Shown here: positions 46,269-56,783 of the stretch, piece by piece
How positions within the stretch are numbered: position 1 is the stretch's first letter
How the letters are laid out: each line of letters opens with the position of its first letter
From: an uncultured Candidatus Rokubacteria bacterium
Lineage (GTDB): Bacteria > Methylomirabilota > Methylomirabilia > Rokubacteriales > CSP1-6
Assembly: GCA_963758635.1 (NCBI GenBank)
Contig: CAVWWD010000006.1
Coordinates: 64,001 to 128,000 of the forward strand
DNA length: 64,000 bases
Direction: 5' to 3'
Translations under genes and position numbers: made by a program
The notes under the pieces: model-generated
Told to the model about the DNA's origin: nothing
The model's database searches: none
Seen by the model: the letters and a program-made list of their open reading frames with translations, nothing else

Positions 46269-49114
46269 CTACTTCTCGCGGAAGGCAGGATCGGTCTCGG
46301 CGCCCTTCCGCGGCTTCCACTCGAGCGTGTAGTATTCGCCGCGGTCGCGGCCCCACGGGTCGAACGCGTTGACGACGGAGGCGAGCTCCGGCGCCAGCTC
46401 GGGAACCGTGCGCAGGAGGACGCGCTTGAGCGGCGAGACCTCCATCTCGTGGCCGTTCGGCCGGCCCCGCTCCATCACCGTGCCGTCGGGCCCGTTGTCG
46501 GTGACCCACCGGACGCCCAGGTGGCTGTAGAACTCGGGCCGGAAGCTCGACGTGAAGAACCGGTCGCTGAAGAGGCGCCGCGAGGCGTTGAGGATGAACA
46601 CCTGGAACTGCGTCTCGGAGATGGCGAAGCCGTGGGGCCGCGCGAACTCGGAGAGCCAGCCCACCACCGTGTCGACGTCCTCGACGTTGTCGACCAGGCT
46701 GCCGTCGGGCCGCCCGAGGCAGTCGTTGATCGGCGTGCCGTCCGGGTTCCGCTGGGCGGCCGTGATCACCTTCGAGGCGTCGCACCGATGCTGCCCGTAG
46801 ACCTCGCGGAGGATCCCGACCAGCCGCTCCTGCTCCGCGCGCTCCGGCGTTCCCCGGGCCAGGCGCGGATCGATGAAGTCGTCGAACGAGGTCAGCTGCT
46901 GGAGCCCGTACTGGCGGCGGAACTCGTTGAAGCGCGGGACGCCGCGCTCGCGGTCGCGGATGAGGTCGAGGGCGACGACGTCGATCTTTCCCGTCGCGCT
47001 CTGAAGGCGCGGCAGCTCCAGGCTCTGCAGGAAGTGCGGATGGTTCTGCAGCGTGAGGAGGCCCAGGCGCTGGCGTCCCATGGACAGCGCCCAGCTCGCC
47101 AGCCCCCGCTCCCGCATGGCGCCGGTGGCCCGCCCGCGGAACGTGTCCACCACCGGCACCTTGTGGCGGATCAGGTTGGGGTCGTCGTCCCAGCGGCGCA
47201 GCTCGATGAGGTCGGGCACCATCGTATGCAGCCGGTACACGGTGACGAACTCCTCGGGGAAGTTGAATGGCGAGCCGAAGTGGTTGATGCCGCCGTTGAC
47301 GTGGTCGAGGTTCTCGATGGTCCAGCGGTCGGCCTTCGCCGGGTCGTAGGTCGGCGAAGACGGCGTCCTCCTCGTAGACCCGGCTGCCGAGGCCGAAGAT
47401 CCCGGCCCCGGAGGCGAAGACCGAGTACCACTGGCCGGCCTTCTTGGCGTCGGTGGACGTGCCGAAGTTCTGGACGGTGATCTTCTCCAGAACCGCCTTC
47501 ACCCGGTCCTTGCCCTGGACGAGGCCGTGCCAGTTGGCGTTCATGCCGAGGTAGAGGGGCTCGTCGTAGAGCAGCTGCGGCGTCCACTCCGTCGTGTGGA
47601 TCTTGGCGATCTCCGCCGAGACGACGAGGCGCGCCACCTCGAAGAGCTCGTCCGCCGTGACGTCGCGGTAGCGGATGACGCTCCCGCGGCCGCGCCGGGT
47701 TGCGCAGGCCGGAGTCGGCGTCGGGCGTCGCCGCCGCCTGCGCGCGGAAGGCCTCGACGAACCGGTTGTGCTCGCGCGCGAAGACGGTGTGGTAGAAGCT
47801 CATCCCGATCGACCAGTTGTCGGGGAAGGCGGCCGCCTCCTGGCCCGCCCACTGGGGATTCATCGGGTCCGACGCGTCGAGCACGGGCAGGTAGCCGAGC
47901 CGCTCGCCCGCCCCGGCGCGCTGACCGGCGGGCACCATCAGGAACCTGGCGCGGTCGTCCGGCGCGCGCTTGACGCGGCGGCGAGACGTGTCGTCGTGGC
48001 CGTAGAGCTGCGAGGCATCCCACCACGCGGTCACGTTGTTGCTGGACGTCTTGTACGCGCGGGCGAGGTGGGTCCGGCCGCCGGCGGTGAACGTGGGGGG
48101 CGGCCCGTCCTCGGCGACGGAGGCGCGGTCGATGCGGTCGTCGGGCCGGCAGCCGAGCTGGCCGGCGACGGCCGGCGGACATCCCACCGGCATCATCTCC
48201 GGCGCGTTGGCGCCCTCCCGCAGATGGGAGAACCAGTCGTGGGTCATGAACTGGATCCAGAAGGCGGCGAGCACGTTGAAGAAGGGCGCCTTCTTGTAGT
48301 CGCAGCGCGCGTCGGGCGAGGAGCCGGGCAGGCCGCGGCCGTCGTGGCAGGTGTCGGGTCCGGCCTGGGCGCGCGTGAAGAGCTTCCTGCTGATGACCTG
48401 GGGATCGGGCGCGAGCAGGCTGAGGCGCTCGCCGTGCCGGTTGCGGGCCAGCTCGTCCCGGCCGAGCTCGGGGAACGTCGCCGCGAACTCCACGTTGCGG
48501 GCGAACGGCGTCCCGGAGGATCCCATGCGCGGGTTCTTGATGTCGTTGCAGATGCCGGTCAGCGTGCGGAAGCGGATCAGGTCGCCCTGGCAGCGCTGCT
48601 CGCCGTCTCCGCCGACCGACGCGTAGTCCGGATGGCCGCTCGGCAGGCGCATCTCGCTCCACACCTTCAGCGCGCGGCCGTCCACGCCGGCCCGCCCGCT
48701 CACGTAGTCCTGGTAGCTCCCGCTGTTGTCGAAGAGGTTGAACTTGATCAGCTCGATCCGCTGGTACTCGAGGTCGAGCAGCGCGCCGTCGATGCCCCGC
48801 CCGTTGGGGCCCAGGTGGCCACCGCGCACGCTCCAGCCGGGCACGAGGCTCGCCGTGTCGGCCGTCGCCCAGTAGTTCTGCCAGTCCGTCCACGGGGTGG
48901 CGCGCCACGCGACGGCACGGTCTCCGCCCCGGCAGCGCGCGGTCGCCTCGTGCACCTTGCCGAGGAAGCGCTCCGCGCGATCGGTGGCGATGGGGCGGAG
49001 CCCGCCCGCCACCACGTCCAGGCACGCGGACGCGTCGTCGCGCCCCGTCGTCGCGCAACCAGTGAGCAGCAGGACGAGCGAGCCGGCGAGCAGGTACCGG
49101 GAGACGTGTGACAT
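46269..49114 (-). CDS. Heme fatty-acid alpha-dioxygenase-like lipoprotein (peroxidase-cyclooxygenase superfamily), frameshifts near 47690 and 47350
   Basis: Lipobox LTGC; WIQFMTHDW, TAWWDASQLYG, AKIHTTEWT, EEFVTVYRLH, RDRERGVPRFNEFRR, GFAISETQF..FILNASRRL..DRFFT. Confidence 0.85.
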
Positions 49115-49376
49115 GGGGGGCCCTTTCCGCGCATGGGAGGAGATCGCCAGGGGCACGGTGCCGCGCTCGGACACGGTCGTCGGCTGGATGCTTCGCCGCT
49201 TCATCGCCCACGTCCTCCGCGCGCCGGAGTCGGATGCGCGGTGGCAGGTCGGGCGACCGCCACCGCGGAACTAGCTTACAGTAGCCGCGGTGACCGCGGT
49301 CGTCGGGAACGCGTGGGCATCGGGTGCTTCGTGGAGTCGAGCGGCGCCGCGGCCCGGCGTGCCGCGGGCCTAGCCG

Positions 49377-50378
49377 ATGCCCATCGACGTTCACGCCCAC
49401 TACATGCCGCCGGCCCTGGTGGAGCGGCTCCGGACGGAAGGCGCCCGCCTCGGCATCGCGGTGGTCGACGGCGACGCCCCCTGCCCGGCGCTGCGTTTTT
49501 CCCACGGCCTGGCCGTCCGGCCGTTCTTTCCGAAGCTCGTCGAGGACCCGACCGCGCGCATGGACGGGATGGCGCGGGCGGGGATCGATCGCCAGATCCT
49601 CTCGGCGTGGACGGACATCTTCGCCCACGGGCTCCCACCGGAGGCGGGCGCGGCCTGGCACCGTCTCCTCAACGAATCGCTGGCGGAGGTGTGCCGGCGC
49701 CATCCCGACCGGTTCTCGCTCCTCGCCTCCGGCCCGCTGCCCGACGCGGCGCGCGCGGCGCGCGAGCTCGACCACGCCGTGCGCCAGCTCGGCGCCGTCG
49801 GCGCGGTGGCGGCGACCAACGTCGAGGGCACGAACCTCGGCGAGCTGGCGATCGACGAGTACTGGGCGGCCGCGGTCGAGCTCGGCGTGCCCGTGTTCCT
49901 GCATCCCGCGCAGCCGAACCCCACGCCGCGCACGCGCCGCTTCGCCCTCAACCAGGTCGTCCAGTACCCCTTCGACACCACGCTGGCGGTGGGCTCGCTC
50001 GTGGGAAGCGGCGTGCTCGACCGGTTCCCCGCGCTCACGCTGATCCTCGCCCACGGGGGCGGGGCCGTGCCGTACCTCGTCGGCCGCTTCGACTGCATGC
50101 ACGAGCGCAGCGACCGCGCGGCCACCGGCATCGCCGCGGCGGCCCCGCCGTCCACCTACCTCCGGCGCATGTACTACGACACCCTCGTGCACGACCCCGC
50201 CGCGCTCCATTACTTGGAGCGGCGCGTGGGGATCGACCGGCTCCTGATCGGCAGCGACGACTCGTTCCCGCCCGCCGACCACGACCCGCTCGGGAGCCTC
50301 CGGCGCGCCGGCTTCGGCGCCGAGGAGATGCACCGGATCGGGGAGCTGAATCCGCGCGCGATCTTCCGCCTCGGCTGA
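49377..50378 (+). CDS. Amidohydrolase_2 family (ACMSD/decarboxylase-like)
   Basis: IDVHAH, VFLHP, AHGGG, YYDT, GSD. Confidence 0.88.
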   Translation: MPIDVHAHYMPPALVERLRTEGARLGIAVVDGDAPCPALRFSHGLAVRPFFPKLVEDPTARMDGMARAGIDRQILSAWTDIFAHGLPPEAGAAWHRLLNESLAEVCRRHPDRFSLLASGPLPDAARAARELDHAVRQLGAVGAVAATNVEGTNLGELAIDEYWAAAVELGVPVFLHPAQPNPTPRTRRFALNQVVQYPFDTTLAVGSLVGSGVLDRFPALTLILAHGGGAVPYLVGRFDCMHERSDRAATGIAAAAPPSTYLRRMYYDTLVHDPAALHYLERRVGIDRLLIGSDDSFPPADHDPLGSLRRAGFGAEEMHRIGELNPRAIFRLG

Positions 50379-50515
50379 GCGCCGGCGCCCGGGGGGCCGG
50401 GGCCCGGTCCCGCTCCTGTAAATGCTCGGTCCGCCGAGAGCGTCCTACGCGGTGAAGAGAGGAAGTGAACCAGACGCCTTCGGTCGCACGGAGCGCCTTC
50501 ACAGCGGAGGATGCC

Positions 50516-50863
50516 ATGAAAAAGACACTGATCGGGCTGGTAGCGCTCGGCGGAGTGGGTCTGGTGGGCGGCCTCGCGACCAACGCCACGGCCGACGCGC
50601 GGTTCGACCGGATCGACCAGCGGCAGCACGTCCAGCAGGAGCAGATCCGGCGCGGCCTCGCCGTGGGCCGGCTGACCCGCGAGGAGCTCCGGGTCCTGAC
50701 GCGCGAGCAGCACCAGATCGCGCGCCTGGAAGCCCGCGCCGAGGCCGACGGCCGCGTCACCGGCGTGGAGCGCTACCGGATCGAGCGCGCCCAGGACGCG
50801 GCCGCCCGCAACATCCAGCACTTCGTGCGCAACGACGACGACCGCGGCCGCTACCACCGGTAG
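50516..50863 (+). CDS. Small secreted helical protein of unknown function
   Basis: SD GGAGG, MKK signal peptide, GRLTREE...DGRVT..ER pattern. Confidence 0.75.
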   Translation: MKKTLIGLVALGGVGLVGGLATNATADARFDRIDQRQHVQQEQIRRGLAVGRLTREELRVLTREQHQIARLEARAEADGRVTGVERYRIERAQDAAARNIQHFVRNDDDRGRYHR

Positions 50864-51039
50864 CCGGACGCCGCGGTCATCCGGCCACCCCTCCGGGCGC
50901 CGGCCACCGGCGCCCGGATTCCGTTCGACGCCCATCCCCGGCCCGGCGCCATTCGGCCGAATCGCGACGACCTGAAATCCGGGCGACGCGTTTTGACGTT
51001 GTACTCCATGCATGATGGCCTCTGGATACGTCCGAGCCG

Positions 51040-51762
51040 ATGAGCAACGGCTGGGCGCCCGGCGGTCACCTCGTTGACGGCCTCGACGAGCGCTGGCATG
51101 CTCGCGGCGTGGCCGCGGACACGCCTTCTCACGAGAATCTGCCCGATGACGAGGCCACGACGCTCGGCGACCTGTTGTACGCGGACCGGAGCCAACCGGC
51201 GGTCGCCGAAGGCGAATGGGTCACGCTCGTCCAGGCCGTCGCCACCGGTGACCAGCGCGCGCTTCATGCGCTGTACGAGCGCTCGCATCGCATCGTCTTC
51301 ACCGTGATGCTCCGGATGACGCGGAGCCGTCAGACCGCCGAGGAGCTGACGGTCGACGTTTTTCACGACGTGTGGCGACGCGCGCCGACGTACGACCGGG
51401 CCGACGGGACCGTCCTCGGCTGGATCATGAATCAGGCTCGGTCCAGAGCCATCGACCGGCTCCGGTTCGACCAGCGGAAGAAGCGCGTCTCTCCGGAGGG
51501 GGACGCCGCGCTTCCCGGCCGTTCCGAGACGAGCCCCCTGGAGGCGCTCGATCTCAAGGACCAGGGGCGCCTGTTGCGAGATGCATTGAGGGTGCTCACC
51601 CCGGACGAGCGGGCGGCGATCGAGATGGCGTTCTTCTCGGATGTGACCTATTCCGAAGCGGCGGTACGGCTGAACCAGCCGCTCGGAACGGTCAAGACGC
51701 GGATCAGGTCGGGGCTCGCGAAGCTCCGGCAGGCGCTCGGCGAGAAAGCAGGACAAGCATGA
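51040..51762 (+). CDS. ECF RNA polymerase sigma factor
   Basis: GDQRALHALY, AEEL..DVF..VW, RSRAIDRLR, PLGTVKTRIR; start may be downstream. Confidence 0.9.
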   Translation: MSNGWAPGGHLVDGLDERWHARGVAADTPSHENLPDDEATTLGDLLYADRSQPAVAEGEWVTLVQAVATGDQRALHALYERSHRIVFTVMLRMTRSRQTAEELTVDVFHDVWRRAPTYDRADGTVLGWIMNQARSRAIDRLRFDQRKKRVSPEGDAALPGRSETSPLEALDLKDQGRLLRDALRVLTPDERAAIEMAFFSDVTYSEAAVRLNQPLGTVKTRIRSGLAKLRQALGEKAGQA

Positions 51763-52340
51763 CGTCACCATCGCCCCACCATGGCATGGACCATTCGGAT
51801 CGCGTGCTGCTATATGCGTTGCGTGCCCTGCCCCCGGACGAGACGCGCGTCGCCGAGACGCAGCTGACCGGCTGTCCGGAGTGCGCGAACGAGCTCGACG
51901 TGCTGCGCCCGGTCGTCGAGTCCTTCGTCTCCTGGCCGACCGACGTGCTGCGGCCGACGGCGTCGCTGTGGGAGCGCATCACGCAACGGGTCGCCGCGGA
52001 GACCGGCGCCGAGCCGCTCCTCCCCGCTCCCCGCCGGCCCGAGAGCCCGGAATGGAAGAACGTGGCGCCCGGAATCGCCTGCAAGCTGCTCGCGACCGAC
52101 GAGGAGAGGAACCGCGTCAGCATGCTGGTGCGGCTCATGCCCGGCAGCGACTATCCGCCGCACCGGCATGGCGGGGTGGAAGAGCTTCACATGCTCGACG
52201 GTGAGCTGATCGTCGATGAGCACACGTTTCGCCCGGGCGACTACCGCCGGGTGGAAGCCGGTACCGTCGATCGTCGCGTGTGGAGCGAGACGGGATGCAC
52301 GTGCTTGCTCATCACGTCCATCCGTGACGCCATGCTCTGA
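51759..52340 (+). CDS. ChrR-like anti-sigma factor (ZAS-like region + cupin)
   Basis: CPEC, PPHRHGGVEEL..LDG cupin; ATGA overlap with sigma gene. Confidence 0.85.
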   Translation: MTSPSPHHGMDHSDRVLLYALRALPPDETRVAETQLTGCPECANELDVLRPVVESFVSWPTDVLRPTASLWERITQRVAAETGAEPLLPAPRRPESPEWKNVAPGIACKLLATDEERNRVSMLVRLMPGSDYPPHRHGGVEELHMLDGELIVDEHTFRPGDYRRVEAGTVDRRVWSETGCTCLLITSIRDAML

Positions 52341-52369
52341 AGACACGCCACGACCTCAGAGATGACGAC

Positions 52370-53778
52370 ATGAGCGACGAGACCACGCTCGCGCGCCAGA
52401 TCAAGGAGGGCGTCCGACGTCACGACCATCTCTGTCTCGTCTATGACGATCCGCGGGAGCGGGTCCGCGCCACCGTCCCCTACTTCGTCGACGGCCTCGA
52501 GCGCGGAGAATGGTGCATCGCGGTCGGCGACCGTGACTTCACGGAGAGCGTCGAGGAGGGTCTCGAGGCGGCGGGCATCGATCTGGATCGGTATCGCGAC
52601 GCCGGGGCCTTCGCGGTCGCGACCGGTCGCGAGACTTACCTGACGTCGGGGGCGAACCGGGAACGTTCAGTCCGACGGCCATGCTGGGCATCTGGCGGAC
52701 CCTGGCCCGCTACGCGTCGCGGAGCGGGTTCGCCGGCAGCCGCATGGCGGGAGAGCCGACGTGGGCCCTGGACTCCGGGCACTCGCTCCAGGCGCTGCTC
52801 GCCTACGAGGCGCTCGTCAACGACTTCTTCGCGTCGGGTCCGGCCAGCGGCCTCTGCCTCTATCGCAAAGGGCAGTGGCCGGCGAACGTGATCATCCACG
52901 TGCTCCGGACCCACAAGATGGTGGTGGTCGGTGAATCGCTCTGTCCGCACAACGTGTTCTACGAGGGCGCCGCAGTCGTGCAGGACGGGCGGTCCGATAC
53001 GGAGCGAATGCTCGGGATGCTGGATCGCGTGCGCGAGGCGACGGCCCGTGAGAACGCCCTCAGGGACGCGCGAGACGCGGCCGTTGCCGCCGATCGCACG
53101 AAGGACGCCTTCCTCGCCGCGCTGTCACACGAGCTGCGGACCCCTCTCTCGTCGATCGTCGGCTGGGCCTCCATGCTCACGCGGGCCGAGTTGCCGCCCG
53201 AGCCCGCCCGGGAAGCGCTCCTGAGCATCGCGCGGAACGGCAACGCGATGACGCGCATCGTCGACGACATGCTCGACATGTCCGCCATGCTCGCCGGCAC
53301 CCTGTCGGTCGCGCGGGAGCGCATCGACGTCCGGGCCGTCGTGAGGGAGGCGGTCGACACGATCCGGCCGAGCGCGACCGAGCGCCGCCTCGCGCTCGAG
53401 TCGCACGAGCCGGCCGAGCCGGTGTTCGTCCACGCGGACCCCGACCGCCTCCGGCAGTGCGTCCTGAATCTTCTGAACAATGCCGTCAAGTACACCCCCG
53501 CCGACGGCGCCATCGCCGTGCACGTCGAGCGGCAAGACGCCACCGCCGCCATCCACGTCTCGGACACCGGGATCGGTATCGCCGGTGACCGCCTCCCGCG
53601 GATCTTCGACCGATTCTGGCGCGGCGCCGATTCGCCGACGGGCTCTCGCGGTGGCCTCGGCCTGGGACTGTCCATCACGCGGCAGCTGGTGGAGCTGCAT
53701 GGCGGACGCGTGAGGGTCGCGAGCGCCGGCGAGGGCAAAGGCGCCACCGTGACCATCGAGATCCCAACCACGACCTGA
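52370..53778 (+). CDS. MEDS-domain sensor histidine kinase, frameshift near 52660
   Basis: HDHLCLVY...YFVDGLERGE, LCLY, LSHELRTPL, NAVKYT, DTGIG, GLGLGL. Confidence 0.85.
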
Positions 53779-53878
53779 TCGACTCGAGCCGGTCGTGGCC
53801 CGACCCGGGCCCGCGGCGCCACGCCGATTGCTGACCGCGCGCGCACGATCGGTCGCCTGCCCTGCCGCCACGCAACGG

Positions 53879-54307
53879 TCAGCGGAGCGGATCGACCCAG
53901 CGCAGGCTGCGGAAGCGCGCGAAATCGGCGTCGTTCGAGTGCACCTCGCCCTGATGCTCGATGGCCAGCGCGGCGAGCTGCACGTCCGTCGTGAGGCCGC
54001 CGGCTGCGCCCAGCTCCCGGAGCAGGCCGAACGTGATCTCGAGATGGCGGGGGCCCGGGAGGGCGAAGCGAACGTGCGGCCGGGACAGCCACTCCTCGAC
54101 ACGCTCCAGCGCGTCGGCCACCGGAAGCGGGCGGTCGAAGACGCGCGGACTGGTTACGAGACGAACGAACCCAAACAGGGCGGGAGCGCCGATGGCCACC
54201 TCGCGATCGCCGTTCAGGAGGCCTTCCCACCATCGGCGCGCCCGACCGTGCTCGGCGAACCCCTCGACATGCGCGTAGAGGAGGAGGTTGACGTCGGGCA
54301 CGATCAC
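53879..54307 (-). CDS. vapC: PIN-domain toxin
   Basis: MIVPDVNLLLYA, GFVRLVT, DVQLAALAIEH, SNDADF. Confidence 0.9.
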   Translation of the reverse strand: MIVPDVNLLLYAHVEGFAEHGRARRWWEGLLNGDREVAIGAPALFGFVRLVTSPRVFDRPLPVADALERVEEWLSRPHVRFALPGPRHLEITFGLLRELGAAGGLTTDVQLAALAIEHQGEVHSNDADFARFRSLRWVDPLR

Positions 54308-54576
54308 GGGCGCCGGCCGGCGCGAAGCTTCGCGACGACCGCGCCGTCGTCGAGGTCATCCGCCAGAGCGTTGAGCTTGCCCCGGTCGAGCCCGGGCCGC
54401 AGTCGGGCCGCATGGGGTCGGACTCGATAGGCAGGAGGGCGCGCCCGGGTTGCGCGAGGCGCCAGGCCGCGGCGCAAGGCGTCGTTGACGACCTGCTTGA
54501 CGGCCTTTCGCTGGCGGTGCGCCTCGTCGGCGACCATCCGGGCGACGTCCGGATCCAGCGTCAGCGTCGTTCTCAT
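54304..54576 (-). CDS. vapB: RHH-type antitoxin
   Basis: MRTTLTLDPDV...VVNDALRRGL; stop overlaps vapC start. Confidence 0.85.
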   Translation of the reverse strand: MRTTLTLDPDVARMVADEAHRQRKAVKQVVNDALRRGLAPRATRARPPAYRVRPHAARLRPGLDRGKLNALADDLDDGAVVAKLRAGRRP

Positions 54577-54577
54577 G

Positions 54578-54611
54578 GAGGCATCATGATGCCTCGCAAT
54601 CAGGCTGTCAA
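54578..54611 (-). promoter_or_regulatory. vapBC promoter with perfect 18-bp operator palindrome
   Basis: TTGACA-N17-CATGAT-N6-ATG; GAGGCATCATGATGCCTC (54578-54595) covers the -10. Confidence 0.8.
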
Positions 54612-54743
54612 GATGCGCCACCGGCTCGACGACGCGTCCGGCCGCTCGTATTCGGTCACCGAGGAACATGGTCGCGGCCTGGTTCAGTGGCCCTTCCCGA
54701 TCCGGCGCCTCCGCGCGTCGCTGGCGCGCCGGTCGACGCGCTC

Positions 54744-56783
54744 CTACGAGGTCGTGCCCAGGACGCCGGAGTGGACGGCGCGGATCTCGACCTCAGCGCC
54801 CTCGTCGAGGGCCAGCATGCGAAGCGCGATGGGCGGCACCTCGGCGACGCTGCCGTTGCCCGGGCGCAGCTCGGACACCCACGCGCGGAGCGGCGCCCCG
54901 CGAGGGTTCACGAGCTCCACCACCGCGCCCGCGCCGACGGCGAGGCGCGCGGCCGTGTCCGTGTCGAGCCGGAGCGCGCGCCCACGCTCGGTGTCGAGGT
55001 CGGACGCCACGGCCAGGCGCACGCGCGGGCGCGCCGCGGCGAGCTCGGCGCGCTTGCGCGCGCTGGCCGCCGCATCCATGACGCCGTCGCGCAGGACCAC
55101 GCCGTAGACCGCCTCCGCCGCCGCCGGCGTCACGTAGCCCTGGGCGAGGTCGGCGGCCAGCGCGTCGAGCGAGCGCGTGAGCGGGTCGCCGAAGCCGCCG
55201 CCGCCCGAGCTGTCCATGATCAGGACGTCGTCGGCCTCGAGGGGGAAGCCGCCCACCTTGCCGGGCAGCGGCGACGGCTCGATCGGCCGGTCGCCCCGGC
55301 GCACCCAGAAATGGTTGGTCGCGCCCGCGGCCCCGCCGCTCACGCCGAACGGCGGCAGCACGGACTTCTCGGCGAGCACGGACAGCCGCGTGCCGGACGC
55401 CTGGATCCGCACCTGGCGCGAGAGGCCGAGCCCGCCGCGGAACCGGCCGGGCCCGCCCGAGTCCTCGCGCATCTCCGTGCGCTCCACGCGGACGGGATAG
55501 AGCTGCTCCACCGCCTCGATGGGCTGGAGCGTGGTCATGTCGCTCTCCGTCCACGCGCGCACCGTGTTGTTGCCGTCGCCCTCCGCGTGGGCGCCCGTGC
55601 CGCCCGCCGGGTACTCGTAGAAGATGAACGTCTCGCCGGTGCGCGGGTCGGGCCCGCCCACGTAGCAGTGGTTGCCGCCGCCCTTCAGGTCGCCGGTCAC
55701 GCGGCCGTCGAGGGCCTGGGCGAGCGCCCCCATCACCGCCGTCTCCACGCAGTACTTCACCTCGACCATGCCGCCGCACGGCGCGGGCGGATCGGCGTTC
55801 ACGATCGTCCCGCGCGGGGTGATCACGGTGAGGGGACGGAAGGCGCCCGAGTTCACGTCGGAGCCGGGATCGAGGAACGACTTCACGATCGTGAAGGCCC
55901 CGGTGGGCGCCATGGCGGGCCCGACGTTGGTGGGCCCCAGGGTCTGGGGCGAGGTGCCGGTGAGGTCCACGGTGATGGTATCGCCCGCCACCGTGACGAG
56001 CGCGCGCACGGTGAGCGGCTCGAGCCGCTCGCGCCCGCTCTCCAGGTGCGCCTCGTACGCGTAGGCGCCGTCGGGCAGGAGCGCGATGGCCTGGCGCATG
56101 CGCGCCTCGGCGCGGTCCATCAGCTCGGCCACCGCCTCGCGCATCGTCGCCGCGCCGTACCGCGCGGCCAGCTCCTCGATGCGCTCCGCCGCCTTCCGGC
56201 ACGTGCCCACCATGGCGTCGAAGTCGCCCTTGCGCTCGCGGAGCCCGCGCATGTTGGCGAACATCAGGTCCAGCGCGGCGTCGTTGGGCCGGCCGCGGTC
56301 GACGATCCGGATGGGCGGGATGCGCACGCCTTCCTGGAAGATCTCCGTGGCGCTGCCGGAGAGGCTGCCCGGGCTCATGCCGCCCACGTCGCCCCAGTGC
56401 GCGCGCACCACGGGAAAGACGAAGAGCTCCGGCCGGCCGCCCCGCCCCGGGGCGAACAGCGGGGAGATCATGGCCACGTCGTTCAGGTGGGTGCCGCCGG
56501 TGTACGGATCGTTGTGCAGGAAGACGTCGCCGGGGTGCACGTCGTCGCCGAACTTCTCGCGCACCGCGCGCATGGACCAGGCGATCGGCACGATGTGCAG
56601 CGGATGGTCCTGGCCCTTGGACATGGCGACGATCTGGGCGTCGCCGTCCATGAGCACGCAGGAGAAGTCCTCGCCCTCGTAGAGGATCGACGAGTACGCG
56701 GTGCGCACCAGCGTGATCCGCATCTCGCGCACGATCGAGACGAACGCCTCGCGGAGGACCTCGAGGGTGATGGGGTCGATCAT
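54744..56783 (-). CDS. Hydantoinase B/5-oxoprolinase subunit with C-terminal extension
   Basis: IDPITLEV, NDPYTGGTHLND, HWGDVGG, QEGVRIPP, DSGGPGRFRGG, GGGGFGDP. Confidence 0.92.
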   Translation of the reverse strand: MIDPITLEVLREAFVSIVREMRITLVRTAYSSILYEGEDFSCVLMDGDAQIVAMSKGQDHPLHIVPIAWSMRAVREKFGDDVHPGDVFLHNDPYTGGTHLNDVAMISPLFAPGRGGRPELFVFPVVRAHWGDVGGMSPGSLSGSATEIFQEGVRIPPIRIVDRGRPNDAALDLMFANMRGLRERKGDFDAMVGTCRKAAERIEELAARYGAATMREAVAELMDRAEARMRQAIALLPDGAYAYEAHLESGRERLEPLTVRALVTVAGDTITVDLTGTSPQTLGPTNVGPAMAPTGAFTIVKSFLDPGSDVNSGAFRPLTVITPRGTIVNADPPAPCGGMVEVKYCVETAVMGALAQALDGRVTGDLKGGGNHCYVGGPDPRTGETFIFYEYPAGGTGAHAEGDGNNTVRAWTESDMTTLQPIEAVEQLYPVRVERTEMREDSGGPGRFRGGLGLSRQVRIQASGTRLSVLAEKSVLPPFGVSGGAAGATNHFWVRRGDRPIEPSPLPGKVGGFPLEADDVLIMDSSGGGGFGDPLTRSLDALAADLAQGYVTPAAAEAVYGVVLRDGVMDAAASARKRAELAAARPRVRLAVASDLDTERGRALRLDTDTAARLAVGAGAVVELVNPRGAPLRAWVSELRPGNGSVAEVPPIALRMLALDEGAEVEIRAVHSGVLGTTS

